NCBI GenBank assembly: GCA_014905635.1
Contig: JABVCE010000021.1
Location: forward strand, 496,001-560,000
Reading direction: 5' to 3'
DNA length: 64,000 nt
Origin: Scenedesmus sp. PABB004
Lineage: Eukaryota
Shown here piece after piece: positions 48,132 through 60,287 of the stretch. Positions within the stretch are counted from its first letter, which is position 1, and every line of letters starts with the position of its first letter. The notes beneath the pieces are model-generated. The model was not told where the DNA came from, made no database searches, and saw only the letters and a program-made list of their open reading frames with translations. Both the position numbers and the translations under genes were made by a program.

Positions 48132-49459
48132 AGGGGGGCGGCAGCGGCGGCTGCGGGCGGGGTCGTCGGTGGTCCGCGGCGCAGAGGCGCGCACGCGCTG
48201 CCGCACGCGCGCGGCGCCGCGGCCCCCGCAGGCGCGCTGGCGCGGCTACGTGGTGCGCAAGCGCTGGGCGAGCCCCGACGCGCGCGCGGCGCTGGTCGAG
48301 GAGGAGAAGGCGCGCGCGGGCGCGGGCGCAGCGCACGCGGCGCGCCTCGCGGAGCTGCGGGCTGCCCTGGCCGCGCGCCAGCAGCGCCAGCTCGCAGCGG
48401 CCGCCGCGGCGGCGGTCGCGGCCGCGGCAGCGGAGGAGGGCGGCGGCGGCGGCACCAGCCCGCCAGCGGCGGGCGCGGCGGCCGCGGGCGCGGCGGCGGG
48501 CAGCTCGCCGGCCGCGGCGCCGGCCGAGGCGCCGGCTGCACGCGGCGCCGCGCCATGCGGTGGCCCGGTGGCCGCTCCGTCGCGCGCCGCGTCTGCTCGG
48601 CGGCAGCCGCCAGGCAGCCACGCACTGAGCGCCGCGGGCGGGCGGCGCCCCCGGTGGCCGCCGGCTGGCGCAGCGCCCGAGCGGCGCTCCTGCAGCTCTG
48701 ACAGCGGCAGCGACGGCGACTGGTCAGAGGAGGAGGAGGGGCTGCAGGACGTGGCAAGCCTCAAGTTCCGGCCGGCCACGCCGCCCCGGCCGCGCGGCCG
48801 GCCGCTGCCGGGCATGAGCCCCGCGCTGCGGCACCGCACGGCGGCCGCTGCCGCGGCCGCGACGGGGGCGCCGCCGCCGCCCGACCCGGCGGCTGAGGCG
48901 CTGCTGGCCGCGCTGTGGGCGGGCGGCGGCGGCAGCGACGCCAGCAAGCGCCTGGCAGAGGCGCGTGCGCGCCGGGGGAGCGGGGACTAAACTCCGCGCG
49001 GCGCACGCGGCGCACCCCTCACCCGCCCGCCGCCCGCCCCGCCCCGCGCAGCTGCGCCAGCGCCGCGCCCGCCGCGCGCCCGCGCCTGTCGCGCTGTCGG
49101 AGCCCGCGCTTGCCGCGGCGGCCGCGTCGGGGCTGCTGGCGAGCGGCGGCCGCAGCTCGGCGGCGGCGTCGGACGGCGAGGGCGCCGACGACGGGGACGG
49201 GGGCGGCGCCACGGCGTGCGCGCCGGGGCCGCTGCCGGCTGCCGTGGTGGAGCAGCTGCTGCTGTCACGATACAGCGAGAAGTTCACGCGAATGGGCGTG
49301 CCGGAGCGGCAGCCGGGGCGGCTCAGGTGGCTCCAGCAGCAGGCGGCGGCCAGGGCGGCGGCGGCCAAGGCGGCGGCGGCGGCCAAGGCGGCGGCGGCGG
49401 CGGGCGCGGCGCCGCGGCCGTCGCAGGCGGCGGCGGCGGGGACGGGCGCGCCGCGGTGA
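46674..49459 (+). CDS. Hypothetical IQ-motif (calmodulin-binding) low-complexity protein
   Basis: Spliced ASIIQ|ARWRGYVVRK fits IQxxxRGxxxR. Other exons are low-complexity, so the exon structure is approximate. Confidence 0.6.
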
Positions 49460-49605
49460 CGGCGAAGATTCACGCGTCCGCGACGCCGGCGCTCCCCGCT
49501 CGGGGCGGCGCGGCAGACCGGTCGGTCAAAGCGGTCAGATCAAATGCGGCGCGGCGCGCCAGCGGCTCCGCACGTGCCAGCAGCTCCGCCCTCAGCGCTG
49601 CTCGC

Positions 49606-50578
49606 TCAGCGCGACAGGCCGTACTTGCGCATCAGCGCCGCCTCAAATTCGTCGTCATCGCTGTCCGCCGCCTCGGGCGCCGCCACGTGCGCGCGCACAA
49701 CCTCGAGCAGCGGCGGCACGTCGAGCGACGCGCGCGCGCCGGGCCCGCGCCAGCTGCCGGCGCTGCCGCGCGGGCCGGGCGAGCCGCGCGGGCCGGGCGA
49801 GGCGAGGGGGCCGGGCGAAGAGCGCGGCCCGTCGCCGCTGCCGCGCACGCCGCCGCGTCTGCGCGGCGAGCCGCTGTAAAACTCGGCGGCGCTGGCCGCG
49901 CCCGCGTCGCCGCTGTCGCTGCCGCCAGCGGGGCCGGCCTCGGCGGGGCCGGCGCCGCTCGCCGCGCCGCCGCCAGCGGCACCCGGCGCGGAGGGGTGCT
50001 GCGCCCTTGCCCCCCTGGCCACCGTCGACTCGGCACAGTGCAGCAGCGGCGGCGGCGGGGCCTCGCTGGTGCCAGCGTCCGCATCGCGCCCGGCGCCCCC
50101 GCCGCCGCCGCCGCCGGCGCCGCTGCTGGTGGTGCTGCTGCTGCTGCCGCTGCTCAGGGCGGCGGCGACGAGCCGCCCCTTGGCGCGCACGCTCGGCGCC
50201 GCAGCCGCGGGCGGCGCTGCCGGCTCCGAGCCCTGCTCTGCCGGGCGGGCGCAGCTGACCGCTGGGTGCGACGTGAAGGGGGGGCTGCTGCCAGACCGCG
50301 CCGGCGCCGCTGCCGGGGGCGGCCGCGCAGGGCTCGGCCCGCCAGCAGCCCCAGCTGCAGTCGCAGCCGCGCCGCCGGGCGTCTGCAAGGCCGCCGGCGG
50401 GGCCGCCGGCGGCGCCCCTGGAGAGGCGTCGGCGCCGGCCTGGGGCGCGCGCTCGCCGCCCGCGTGCAACAGCGACAGCTCGGCCTGCACGCCCGGGCTG
50501 CCGGCCGCGCCAGCGATGCCAGCAGGCGCCGCGCCTGCTTGCTCGGCGCTCGACTGGGGCGGCTCCGCAGCGGGCCCC

Positions 50579-50623
<45 letters not shown>

Positions 50624-52331
50624 GGCGGCGCCGCCGCCGTCTCCTCCTCCCCGCCACCGTCCGCTGCGGCCAGCCCCGCCGCCAGCTCGTGGGGGCCGGG
50701 CATGCCGGCGGCGCGCAGCTGCTGTTGCAGCTGCCGCAGCTGCGGCAGCGCGGGAGCGGCGGCGGCGCGGGTGAGCCTGGTGCCCTGGCCCGCGCGGTCG
50801 CAGCCCCCAGCGCGGGCGCCTGCACCGCGTGCGCGCACCTGCGCCCTGAGCCGGTCCACCTCGCCTTGCAGCGCCTGCGCCACCGGGTCCTGCCACGCCG
50901 GCAGCAGGGCCTGCCCCAGCTGGGCGAGCTGCTGCTGCTGCAGGGCCTCGGCGCCGCCGGGCGGGGAGCTCGCGTGCAGCGGCGCGCCGGCCGGCCTGCC
51001 GAGCCCGGCGCCGGCGGCGCCCGGGCTGGCGGCCAGGCCCGGGCTGCCCGGGCTGGCCACGTAGCGCACGCCTGCGATGCAGCCGCCCGCCGGCGCGCCC
51101 GCCGCGCCCACCTGCATGCGCGCCGCGTCGGCGGCGTAGCGCTGCGCGCCGAGGCTGTGCGCGTAGGGGCTCGCTGGCATGCGCTGCACCGCGTCGGTGG
51201 CCGCCCGCAGCGCGGCGTCAACGCCCGCGCCGCTCCCGTGCGGGCTGCGCGCGGCGCCGTCGTAGCTGCCCACGCTGGCCACCGAGCCGCGCAGCGCGCC
51301 GGGGCTGGCCGTCGCGGCCGCGCCGTCGGAGCCGGCCGCCGCCGACGCGGGCGTGCCGGGCGTGCGCGGGCGGCCCAGCCCCGGCTCTCCACCACCGCCT
51401 GCGCGCTGCGGCGAGCCCAAGCGCTCCAGCGCCTGCTGCAGCTGCCCCGAGTTGAGGTGCTGCAGCAGCGCCAGGTTGCTGAGCGCCACGCCCGCGCGCA
51501 CCGAGGGCGACACCGGCCCCTCCGCGGACGCGCGCCAGCCGGCGGGCTCGCCCCGGCCGCGGGCGACCTGACCGGCGAGCCCAGCCGCGGCGCCCAGTCG
51601 CCGCCGTCGGCGTCAAGGTCGGCGCCCGCACCGCGCCCGTTCCCGGCCGCTGTGCCGGGCGCGGGCTCGACCAGCAGCCGCTCGGCCAGCTCCACGCGCT
51701 GCAGCGCGGCGCCGGCGCCGCCGCCCGGCGCGTGCTGGCGCTGGCCGCTGTGCGGCCGCCAGGGCTGCAGGTCGGGGCTGCCATAGGGCCGCACCGGGGT
51801 GCTGGTGCGGGGCTCGGGCCACGCGCCGTCGTCACGCTCGCCGCCGCCCCGCGCCGCCCGCCCGGCAGCCTCGCCAGCCAGCGGCAGCGAGCGCCGTGCG
51901 GCGGGGGCGTCGGCGGGCGGCCGCAGGCGCGCGGCGTACGCGCCGGGCACGCTGGGCGCGCTGCTGCGCGCGGGCGCCAGCGCGCCGGGCGCCCGCCTGG
52001 CCGCGAGCCCGCTGTCACGGCCCCGCACGAGCACCGGGCTGTCGGCGGCGCTGCCCAGCCCCGGCAGCGCCAGCAGCGCGCCCCGGGGCTTGCCCAGGCG
52101 GCCGCCGGCGCCCCACGCGCCGCCGCCGCCTGCCTGGACGCCGAGCTGGCCGGGCAGTGGCTGCGGCTGCGACGCGCAGCGCGCCCACTCCGCGCGCACC
52201 AGGCCGCCGGGCGCCTGCGCCGCGATGCTCACGGCGGGGTCGAGGCTCGCCGTGAGGTGCAGCGCCGCGAGCTGCAGCTGGGAGCTGTCCCCTGGCACCA
52301 CCTCGTAGCACCGACTGACAGGGTCGCCTGG

Positions 52332-52379
<48 letters not shown>

Positions 52380-53108
52380 CGGCGCTGGTCAGCGGGCGCG
52401 GCAGCGGCACCCGCGAGGCCGCCTTCGCCCGCCCCGCCCCGCCCTCGCCGGCCGCGCCGCGCCGCGCACCCTCGGGGCAGAGCAGCAGCAGGAACGCGCC
52501 GCCGCCGTCCGCGCTGATGACGCGGTCAGCCAGGAGGCCGCTGAACGCAAAGCGCAGGCACGCCGCCGCCACGAGCGGGTGCAGCGGCGAGGCGGGGCCC
52601 TTCACCCACACGCCGACCAGCGGCGTGCTGTAGACCTGCGGGCGCGCCGCGGCGCAAGATGCGGCGCGTCAGCGCCGCGGCGACGGCGCGCCGCTCGAGC
52701 TGCCGCTGCGCCCGCCTCGCCGCACGCCGCGCGCGGGCGCACGTTGACGTCGGTCGCTTCGAGCGGCAGCAGGCTGCGCGCCTGGTCCATGCTCAGGAAC
52801 CCGCTCTGCGCCGGCAGGCGGCGGCGGCGTCAGGGCGCCGCGGCCACGGCGACGCAGGGCGCGGCTGCGTGCGCGCGGCCCGCGGAGCCCCCCGCTCCTC
52901 CCCCGGCCCAGGGGCCGCGCCTGCCAGGCGGGCATGGCGCCCGGCGTCAGCAGCGCCTCGGCCAGCGGCACGTGGCAGAGGCGCTTGGTGTAGAGGGGCG
53001 TCGCGAGCAGGCCACCGGCCGGCATCACCAGCGCGAGGCGCAGCGCCGCGCGCGCGCCGGGGCCGCCGCCGCCGCCCGCGCGCGCGCTCGCGGCGACCGC
53101 GTACAGCT

Positions 53109-53164
<56 letters not shown>

Positions 53165-53930
53165 CGTCAGCCGCGACGCCAGTGCGCGCGTCGCGCGAGG
53201 CGTGCATGCCGCCGCGCGCGGCGCGCCCACCTGCGCCACGCGCGCCGTGTCGCGCTGGTCGAGCTGCGCCTGCGCGACGCTGCGCAGGCCCGCCAGCCCG
53301 TCCTGCGGGTCCTCGCCCGAGAGCGGGCACGCCAGCTGCAGGCACTCGCCCGGCCGGGCGCTCAGCGGGTCGAGCTCCTGCACCAGCGCGGTGACCTGGT
53401 GCGTGGCCGTCACCGACAGCCCGAGCGCGAGCGGCACCGCGGCGGCGCCGCGCTCCGCCGCGCGCGACACCGCGCCCAGCGCGGACGCCGCCACCTGGAC
53501 GCGCGGCACGAAGCCCTGCGGCGCCGCGCGCGGGCGCGGCGGCCTGGGCGCGGGGGAGGTGTGGCGGGCGCGCGCGGGAGCTGCGCGCCAACGCAGGTGT
53601 GTCGAGGCATGTCGGGGCGCGCGCGCGGCGGCGGACCCCTGTGCACACCTGCAGGCCGATGAGCACCTGCGCGCCCGCGGGCGTGCGGTCCCACAGGTAG
53701 CGCCGGCTCGATGGGAAGCGCAGGCTGCGGCCGCCGCCGCCGGCGCCGAGCAGCTGCGCGTGCGGCGGCGCGCCGCCACCGCTGGAGGCCGGCGCGCTGC
53801 TCGCGCTGCTCGCGACGCTCGCGCGCAGCGCGCCGGCCCCGCCGCCGCCCGGGCGCGCCCCCGGCGGCGACGGCGGCGCGGGGGCCGCCTTGTCGCGCGT
53901 CGCCGGCGACGGGTAGAACGCCGACTGCAT
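49606..53930 (-). CDS. STIL (SCL-interrupting locus)-like protein
   Basis: LRFPSSRRYLWDRTPAG; GFLSMDQARSLLPLEATD|..STPLVGVWVKG..HPLVAAACLRFAFS..DRV..GAFLLLL matches the STIL N-terminal domain core as recalled; central coiled coil; C-terminal LMRKYGL. Confidence 0.72.
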
Positions 53931-54947
53931 CGCGGCGGCGGCGAGCAGCTGCTGCTCGTTTTTCAAGCGGGCCGCCGCCGCGCGCGCAGGCCGCGACGGC
54001 CAAGACCGCTCGTCCGGCAGGAGCTTCCTCCACGTGCCACCACGCTTGCGTGGCCTGCGCGGAGCGCGCTGTCGCCGCGCAACGGGCGGACGAGCGCGGC
54101 GCGCTCGCAGCGGCGCCGCCCGGCGAGCGGTCGGGCGCCGGTCGTGTGCGCTGCGGCGCCCCAGGCGTGCTCGCTGCGATCGGCAGCGGCGTGGCGCCAG
54201 CGCAGGCCCTGCAGCGCGGCGGCGGGGCCGGGCGCGGCGTTGGCGCCGTTTTGCGCGTTTCGGCGGCGCGTTTTTGCGGTGCGTCACGGCCTTCATGCTA
54301 AAGCATCCCGCGCCCCCCACACACGACCAGATCAGTCACCATGTCCATGATCATCGGCCGCCGCCGCCGCCCGCGGACGGCCGCCGCACGAGCGCCGCCG
54401 CCCTCCCAGCCCTGCCGCCGCGGCGTGAACCTTCGGAGCTCGTTGCCGGGTCGTCGTGCGCAGCGACAACCTCCGACAAGCTGCGAAGGTCCACGCCCGG
54501 CTCAGGCCGAGCGCGCAGCGGCCGTTCGGCGAGCATCATCATCAGCCGCCCCTGCCTTGCGCGCCGCCCTTTGTGCCGGCCTCCTTGTACTGCGTGGACA
54601 GCAGCTTCAAGCAGAACTAGGAATCCGCCGGCGCGGCGGCGCGCAAAAGGCAGAGAGGCGGCAGCACCGCGGCAGCGGCAGCAGCAGCAGCAACTGCGGC
54701 GAGCGGCCGAGCGGGCCAGAGAGAGGCGATCTGCTCTGCGGGGCCTGCTGGCGTCCTGTCGTCCCTTGTGCAGGCGCGGGTGCGGGCGCGGCCGGGGACG
54801 CGGCTGCGCGCGCGCGCGCGCGCCCTTGCGCCCCCGCCGCCGCAGCGGCAGCGGTGGCAGCAGCGTCGCGTGCGGGCGAGCGGTGGGAGCACAGGGCGCC
54901 TCGGCGCGCGACTGGGGGCCACAGTGGTGCGGGCCGCAGCCAAGCTG

Positions 54948-55004
54948 CTGGCTGGTGAGCATTGAGAACTCGTCGACGACGAGTTCTCCATGCTGACCGG
55001 GCAG
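54948..55004. other. Intergenic stem-loop of about 24 bp
   Basis: gagaactcgtc-gac-gacgagttctc forms a perfect 11-bp core (54964-54988), extended by agcat/atgct, ctggt/accgg and ctg/cag. Confidence 0.7.
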
Positions 55005-55276
55005 GCGCGGGCAACGCGAGCGCATGGCCCGGCTCCATCATCAGCCGCCGCTGCGGCGGCCGCGGGCCGCGATGCACAACGGGCAATGCTTGAGCTTGTA
55101 AGTGCATCACAAGCTGAAGCCCTGCCCGCTGTGCAGCGCGGGCCCGCGGCCGCGCCGGGTGTGCGCGGGTCGTGGACCGCGACGTGAGCGCGGCGCGCGC
55201 GCAGCTGGCGCTGCTGCTGCGGCTTTTCGGGCGGCGCATTCGGGGTAACGGACCTGGATCGCGACGTTGGATGGTG

Positions 55277-55281
55277 TTACA
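55277..55281 (-). terminator. TGTAA polyadenylation signal (F-box/LRR gene)
   Basis: UGUAA about 200 nt downstream of the stop at 55480. Confidence 0.6.
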
Positions 55282-55479
55282 AGATGTGTGTGGTGGTACA
55301 CAGCCCGCGCCTCAGACATGAGCAGCAGCGCCGGCAGTCAACATGACGATGATGGTCGCGCGCGGCCGCCGGCGCGCCCCGCGCAACCAGCGCCCGCCCA
55401 GCCCCTCTCCCCGCACGCCCACGCCGCTGCGGCCAGCGCCCCAGCCCCTCCACCCAGCGCCTCCCCGGCTCCCGGCGCC

Positions 55480-58297
55480 TCAGCAGATGAGGTCGAGCCG
55501 GGCGTACGGCATGAGCGCCCGCAGGCGCGCCTGCCCCGCCTCGCCGCACGCGTGCGCGAGCGTGGCGGGCGTGCAGGAGAGGCTCAGCAGGCGCAGGCTC
55601 GTGAAGTGCTGGTATGCCTCCATCACGGGCCCCAGCGCGGTGAGGTCGTCCGAGGACCAGCTCAGGTACCTGAGCCCCCGCAGCGACGCAAGCGCGGCGA
55701 GGCCGGCCTGGCTGAGCGCGCGGTTGTGGGGCGCGAGCACGCTCAGCTCCTGCAGGCAAGTCAGGCGGGAGACCGCCGACACGCCGTCGTCGGCGAGCCC
55801 CGCCACGTGCGCGAGCCGCAGGCGCTGCAGCCTCGGCAGCGACAGCGTCAGCGCCTGGGCGCGCGCGGGGACGGCGGCGCGGGCGCTCAGGCTCGCGCGG
55901 GCGCGCCGCCGCCGGCCGCCGGCCGCCGGGGAGCCGCGACGTCCCCCGCTGCCCCTCGCCGCACCTCGAGCTGCGGCGAGCGCAGCCTGCAGGAGTCCAG
56001 CTTCAGCGACGCCAACTGCCCCAGCACGCGCGCGGCGTCGGCCCTGCGCGGCGGCGCCGCGCCCGGCGCCGCGGCGCGGCTGCTGCCGGCGCCGCCGGCC
56101 GCCGCGGGCGGGCCCGCGGGCGGGCCGCGGCCGCGCCGCCGCCGGCCCCGAGGCAGAGCACGTGCGGCTGGGGCGGGCCGAGGCCCAGCGCGGCCGTCGG
56201 CGGCGCGGGGGGCGCGCCGGGCTGCGCCGCGCGCGGCGCGCAGGGCGTGGGCGGCCCGCCGCCGCTGCCCGCGAGCGCAATTGCGGGCGTGGTGATGTCG
56301 ACGTGTCGCAGCTCCAGGTTGGTCAAGCCGCAGGGCAGGTGCAGCAGGTCGAGGGCCACGGGCTGCGCGTTGGCGCCAAACGGCTCGGCGCTCACGGACA
56401 GGCTGCGGAGGCTGCTGAAGCGCGCCAGGCCGGCGAGGCCCTCCGACGTGACGTCGCTGCTGCCGAGGCTCAGCCGCAGCGCGCGCAGGCGCTGGCAGCC
56501 CTGCGCGAGCGCGGCCGCCGAGCCGGCGTCCAGGGGCACCGCGATAGAGCTCTCGCCCATGCGCCGCTGCTCCGGGAAGTACGCGTGCTGCTTAGTCAGG
56601 TGCAGCACCTGCCCGCCGGCCGGCACGCGGCGGGCGAGGGCGGACGGGCGGGCGGCGAGCGGTCGGCGGTCAGCGCGCCGCGCGCGTGCGTGCCAGGGTC
56701 GAGCCACCACGCATCCGCGCGTCTGCGCTGCCGCGGCTGCCGCCGCACGCGCCGGGAACGCGCCTGCAGGTTTGCGAGGTGCGCGAGGTCTGCGAGGCGC
56801 AGCGTGAGCACCGCGTCGGCGTTGCTGTAGACGCTCATGCGCAGGTCGCTCAGCGCGGTCAGCGCGGCGAGCGGCTCGATGAGGCTCGTCGCCGGGTCGC
56901 GCGCGAGGCGCACGCAGCCCAGGTCCAGGCGCACGAGCCGCGCCTGTGCCGGCGGCGGCGGCGGCGGCGGCGGCGCGGGAGCAGACCAGGGGCGGCGTGT
57001 GCACGCGGGGGGCGGGAGGGGGGGGGCGTGTGCGCGCGGGGGCGGCATGCGCGCGGTGGGGGCGGGGGCGGCGGCGGGCAGCGGGCGGCGGCGGGGCCCA
57101 CCGTCAGGTAGAAGCGCGCCGTGCGCAGCAGGCCGTTGAGCTTGTCGGTCCACCGAAACTTCATCGAAAGGTCGCCCGCGACGTCGCGCAGCTGCTGCAT
57201 CGCGCCCTCGGCCAGCTCGTAGTCCATGCCCTGCGCGGCACGTGCGGCCGGCCTGTCGCGCGCCGCCGCCTGCGCCGCCACTCGCGCCGCCGCGCGCGCC
57301 GCGCACCAGGTGCAGGTCGTGGAGGCTCGGGCAGGCGGCGAAGCAGGCCGCGGTCGCGGCGTCCATGCAGGTGTCGAGGCCGTGGACGGAGAGCGAGCCG
57401 AGGCGCGGCAGCTGGCCGGTCAGGCGCGTCAGGCCGGCGGCAGTGAGGCGGGACGCGCGGAACTCGAGCACCTGCAGGTTGGCCAGCCGCCCCAGCGCGG
57501 CGACCTCCGCGTCGCCGAGGCCGCAGCGCGCCTCCGGCAGCACGCGCAGCGCCTCGAGGCCGGGGCAGGCGCGCGCGAGGCCGGCGAGCAGGCGCTCGAC
57601 CGCGGCGGGCGTGAAGGTGCCGCCGGTGAGCGTGAGCGCGCGCAGCTGCGAGAGCTCCGCCAGGTCGTCGGCCGAGTCGAGCCACAGCTCAAAGCCCTCG
57701 CTCAGCTCCAGGTGCAGGTCCTGCGGCGCGGCGGCGGGTGCGGCGCGGCGCCGTGTGACGGACAGGCGGCGCGGCCGCCGCCGCACGCCCCAGGTGCCCG
57801 CCGCCGCGCGCGGCGGGCACCTGGATGCTGTCGAGCTGGCGGGCGAGCTCCGCGAGCGCGCCGCCGAACGAGCCGCGCGGCACCGCCGACGACACGTGCG
57901 CCTTGCAGGACGACAGCGCGGGCGTGAGGCGGCGCAGCTGCGCCACCTTGGAGGCCCAGGCCTGGGCGCAGGGGTTGACGTCCAGCTCGAGCGCGCTCAC
58001 GCCGCCGGGCATCGCCGTCTGCCAGCTCCTGCACACCAGCGACGCCGCGCCGACGTGGCCCGGGACCGGCCCGATGCGGCCGCCGATGGCCGCCAGGATC
58101 TCTGCGGCGCGGCGCGGCGCACGCCGCGCTCGGCGGCAGCGGCGCACGCCGCGCTGCCACCTGGCGGCGCGGCGCGGCGCTGCATGGGGCCCCGGCAGCG
58201 GCCCCCCGGGACGCAGCGAGGCCCCACCTGGTGGCAGGTCGCCCCAGGGCGCGGCGTCCGCGTCCGTCATGGGCGGCAGCTCGATTTCGGGGTCCAT
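55480..58297 (-). CDS. F-box / leucine-rich-repeat (RNI-like) protein
   Basis: F-box PWGDLPP|EILAAI...ASLVCRSW, followed by many LxxLxxLxL repeats (CPGLEALRV, LANLQVLEF, LPRLGSLSV, CQRLRALRL, LTCLQELSV). Confidence 0.85.
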
Positions 58298-58824
58298 GCG
58301 TGCCCGGTCCTCGCTCCCCTGCTACGCGGCCGTTTCGCTGGGCACGTTCCGGCCTGCCCTCCCTGGCAGCTACTCCCGCGCCCGCAGCAGCTGCGGGCGC
58401 CGCGTCGTGCCGGGGACCGGTGGCGAAGGCCTCGCCGAGACCAAGTGCAGGCCGCAGCGGCCTTGCTCTGTCGAGAACGTGCTCGTTGGTCGGCGGCGGC
58501 GCGCGAGGAGGGCCGGGGGCCTGGCGGCGCAGGCCGCCACAACCGCCGCCGCGGCGCGCCAGCGGGCGCCGCCGCGGATTGGCCCGGCAGCACGTGTCGG
58601 GTCGGCTGTGATTCTGACTGGGCGGTCACGCAGCTTTTGCGGGCGGCCGGGCGCGATTGACTGTTGGCTGTAGCGGGGCGCGAGCAGCGCCGGCGCCTTC
58701 AGCTCCAAGTCGCTGCCCGCCTCGCCAGAGCCACGCTCATTGGCTGCCACAGGCAATCCTGCACTCACACCAGCCAGCGCGCGCAGTCTCGAGCCTCCAG
58801 TCGCCGCCGGGCGCATCTCCCGCC

Positions 58825-60287
58825 ATGGACGCCACTGGTCATGCCAGCGCTCTCGTGCCGCTCGCGGCTGCCGCGGATGAGGCGGCAGCGCAGGCGTGGC
58901 GCACGCGCTGCCTCTTCGCGCCAGTCGACGACGGGGCGCCGCTCTTCGTGAGTCCAACGGCGGCGGTGCGCGCGCGGCGCAGCGAGCGGCGCAGCGGCGC
59001 CCACCCCGCCGGCCGCCCTCCCCCCTCTCCGCGCCGCCGACGCTCAGGGCGGCTGCCACAGCCCGCTGGCGGGCGTCGCTCTGGCACAGCTGGCGGTGAG
59101 CCGCGGCGGCCCCCCGCCGCCGCAGGCGCCGGCGCCGCCGGCGCAGCGCGCCGCGAGCTACGGCCGCGCCTTCCGCTCCGCCTGCTCCGCGGCCTGGGGG
59201 CGGCGCCGCTGCCCGGCGTGTGGTCGCCGCCGCAGCACCCGCCGGCGCGCGGCCCGGCGCCGCCGTGCGCGGCGGGCGCGCCGCCGGCGGTGCCGGGCCT
59301 CGGCCCGTGGGCCGCGCCCCTGTCGGCCTGCCCCGTGGGCTGCGGCCAGGCTCCCCCGTGGGCTGTCTCGGTGCCGCCCAACCCCAACCCGTCGCGCACG
59401 CTCGCCGACCGGGCGGCCAGCCTGGCGCGCACCAAGGCCGCGCTGGACGAGGAGCGCGCGAAGCTGGACTCAGCTGCCCTGACCGCCCTGGCTGAGGCCC
59501 AGCGCCTCGCAGAGTTTGCCGTCCAGCTGGCCACGCGCGAGCTGGCGGCCGGCGAGCGCGAGGCCGCGGTCGCGCAGCGCGACGCGGGCCTGGCGACGCG
59601 CGCCGCGGAGCTGGCCGCGCGCGAGGCCGCGGCCGGCGAGCGCGAGGCGGGGCTGACGGCGCGCGCCGCGGAGCTCGCCGCACGCGAAGCCGCGGCCGGC
59701 GAGCGCGAGGCGGGGCTGACGACGCGCGCCGCGGAGCTGGCGGAGCGCACCGCGGAGCTGGCGGTGCGCACCGCGGAGCTGGCGGAGCGCGAGGCCGCGG
59801 CCGGCGAGCGCGAGGCGAGCCTGGCGGACCGCGTCGCAGGGCTTGCGGCCGAGCGCGCCGCGCTGGCGGAGGCGTGGTCCGCGCTGGACGCTGAGCGCGC
59901 GGTGCGGCGCTGGGCTGCCGGCCGCCGTCCGGCACGCACGCGCCGCCCCTCACACCCCCTCACGCCGCCACGCCGCAGCCGGGCAAGGGCCGCGGCGTTG
60001 CTGGCAGCTGCAGGGCTGCCAGCCCTGCTGCCCCCTCGCCCCCGCCGGCGCGCGCCAAGCCCGAGGCCGCGCAGCGCCCGACGAGCTACGCAGCGGCCGC
60101 CGCGCTGGCCGCGCCGCGCAAGAAGGGCTGCGCGGCCGCGCAGGGCCGCCCCGCCTCGGCGGGCCGCGCCGCCAGCGCGCAGGCCAAGTGCCGGCGCCCG
60201 GGCGCGCCGCGCGTGGCGTCGCCGCCCGGGGGCAAGGCGGCTGCGCGGAAGGCCTCTGGGATCAAAGTGCTCTTCAGGCGCGTGTGA
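58825..60287 (+). CDS. Hypothetical coiled-coil repeat protein
   Basis: MDATGHASALVP...; central helical repeats RAAELAAREAAAGEREAGLT; last exon after the CAG acceptor at 59978 ends ...GIKVLFRRV*. Confidence 0.55.
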
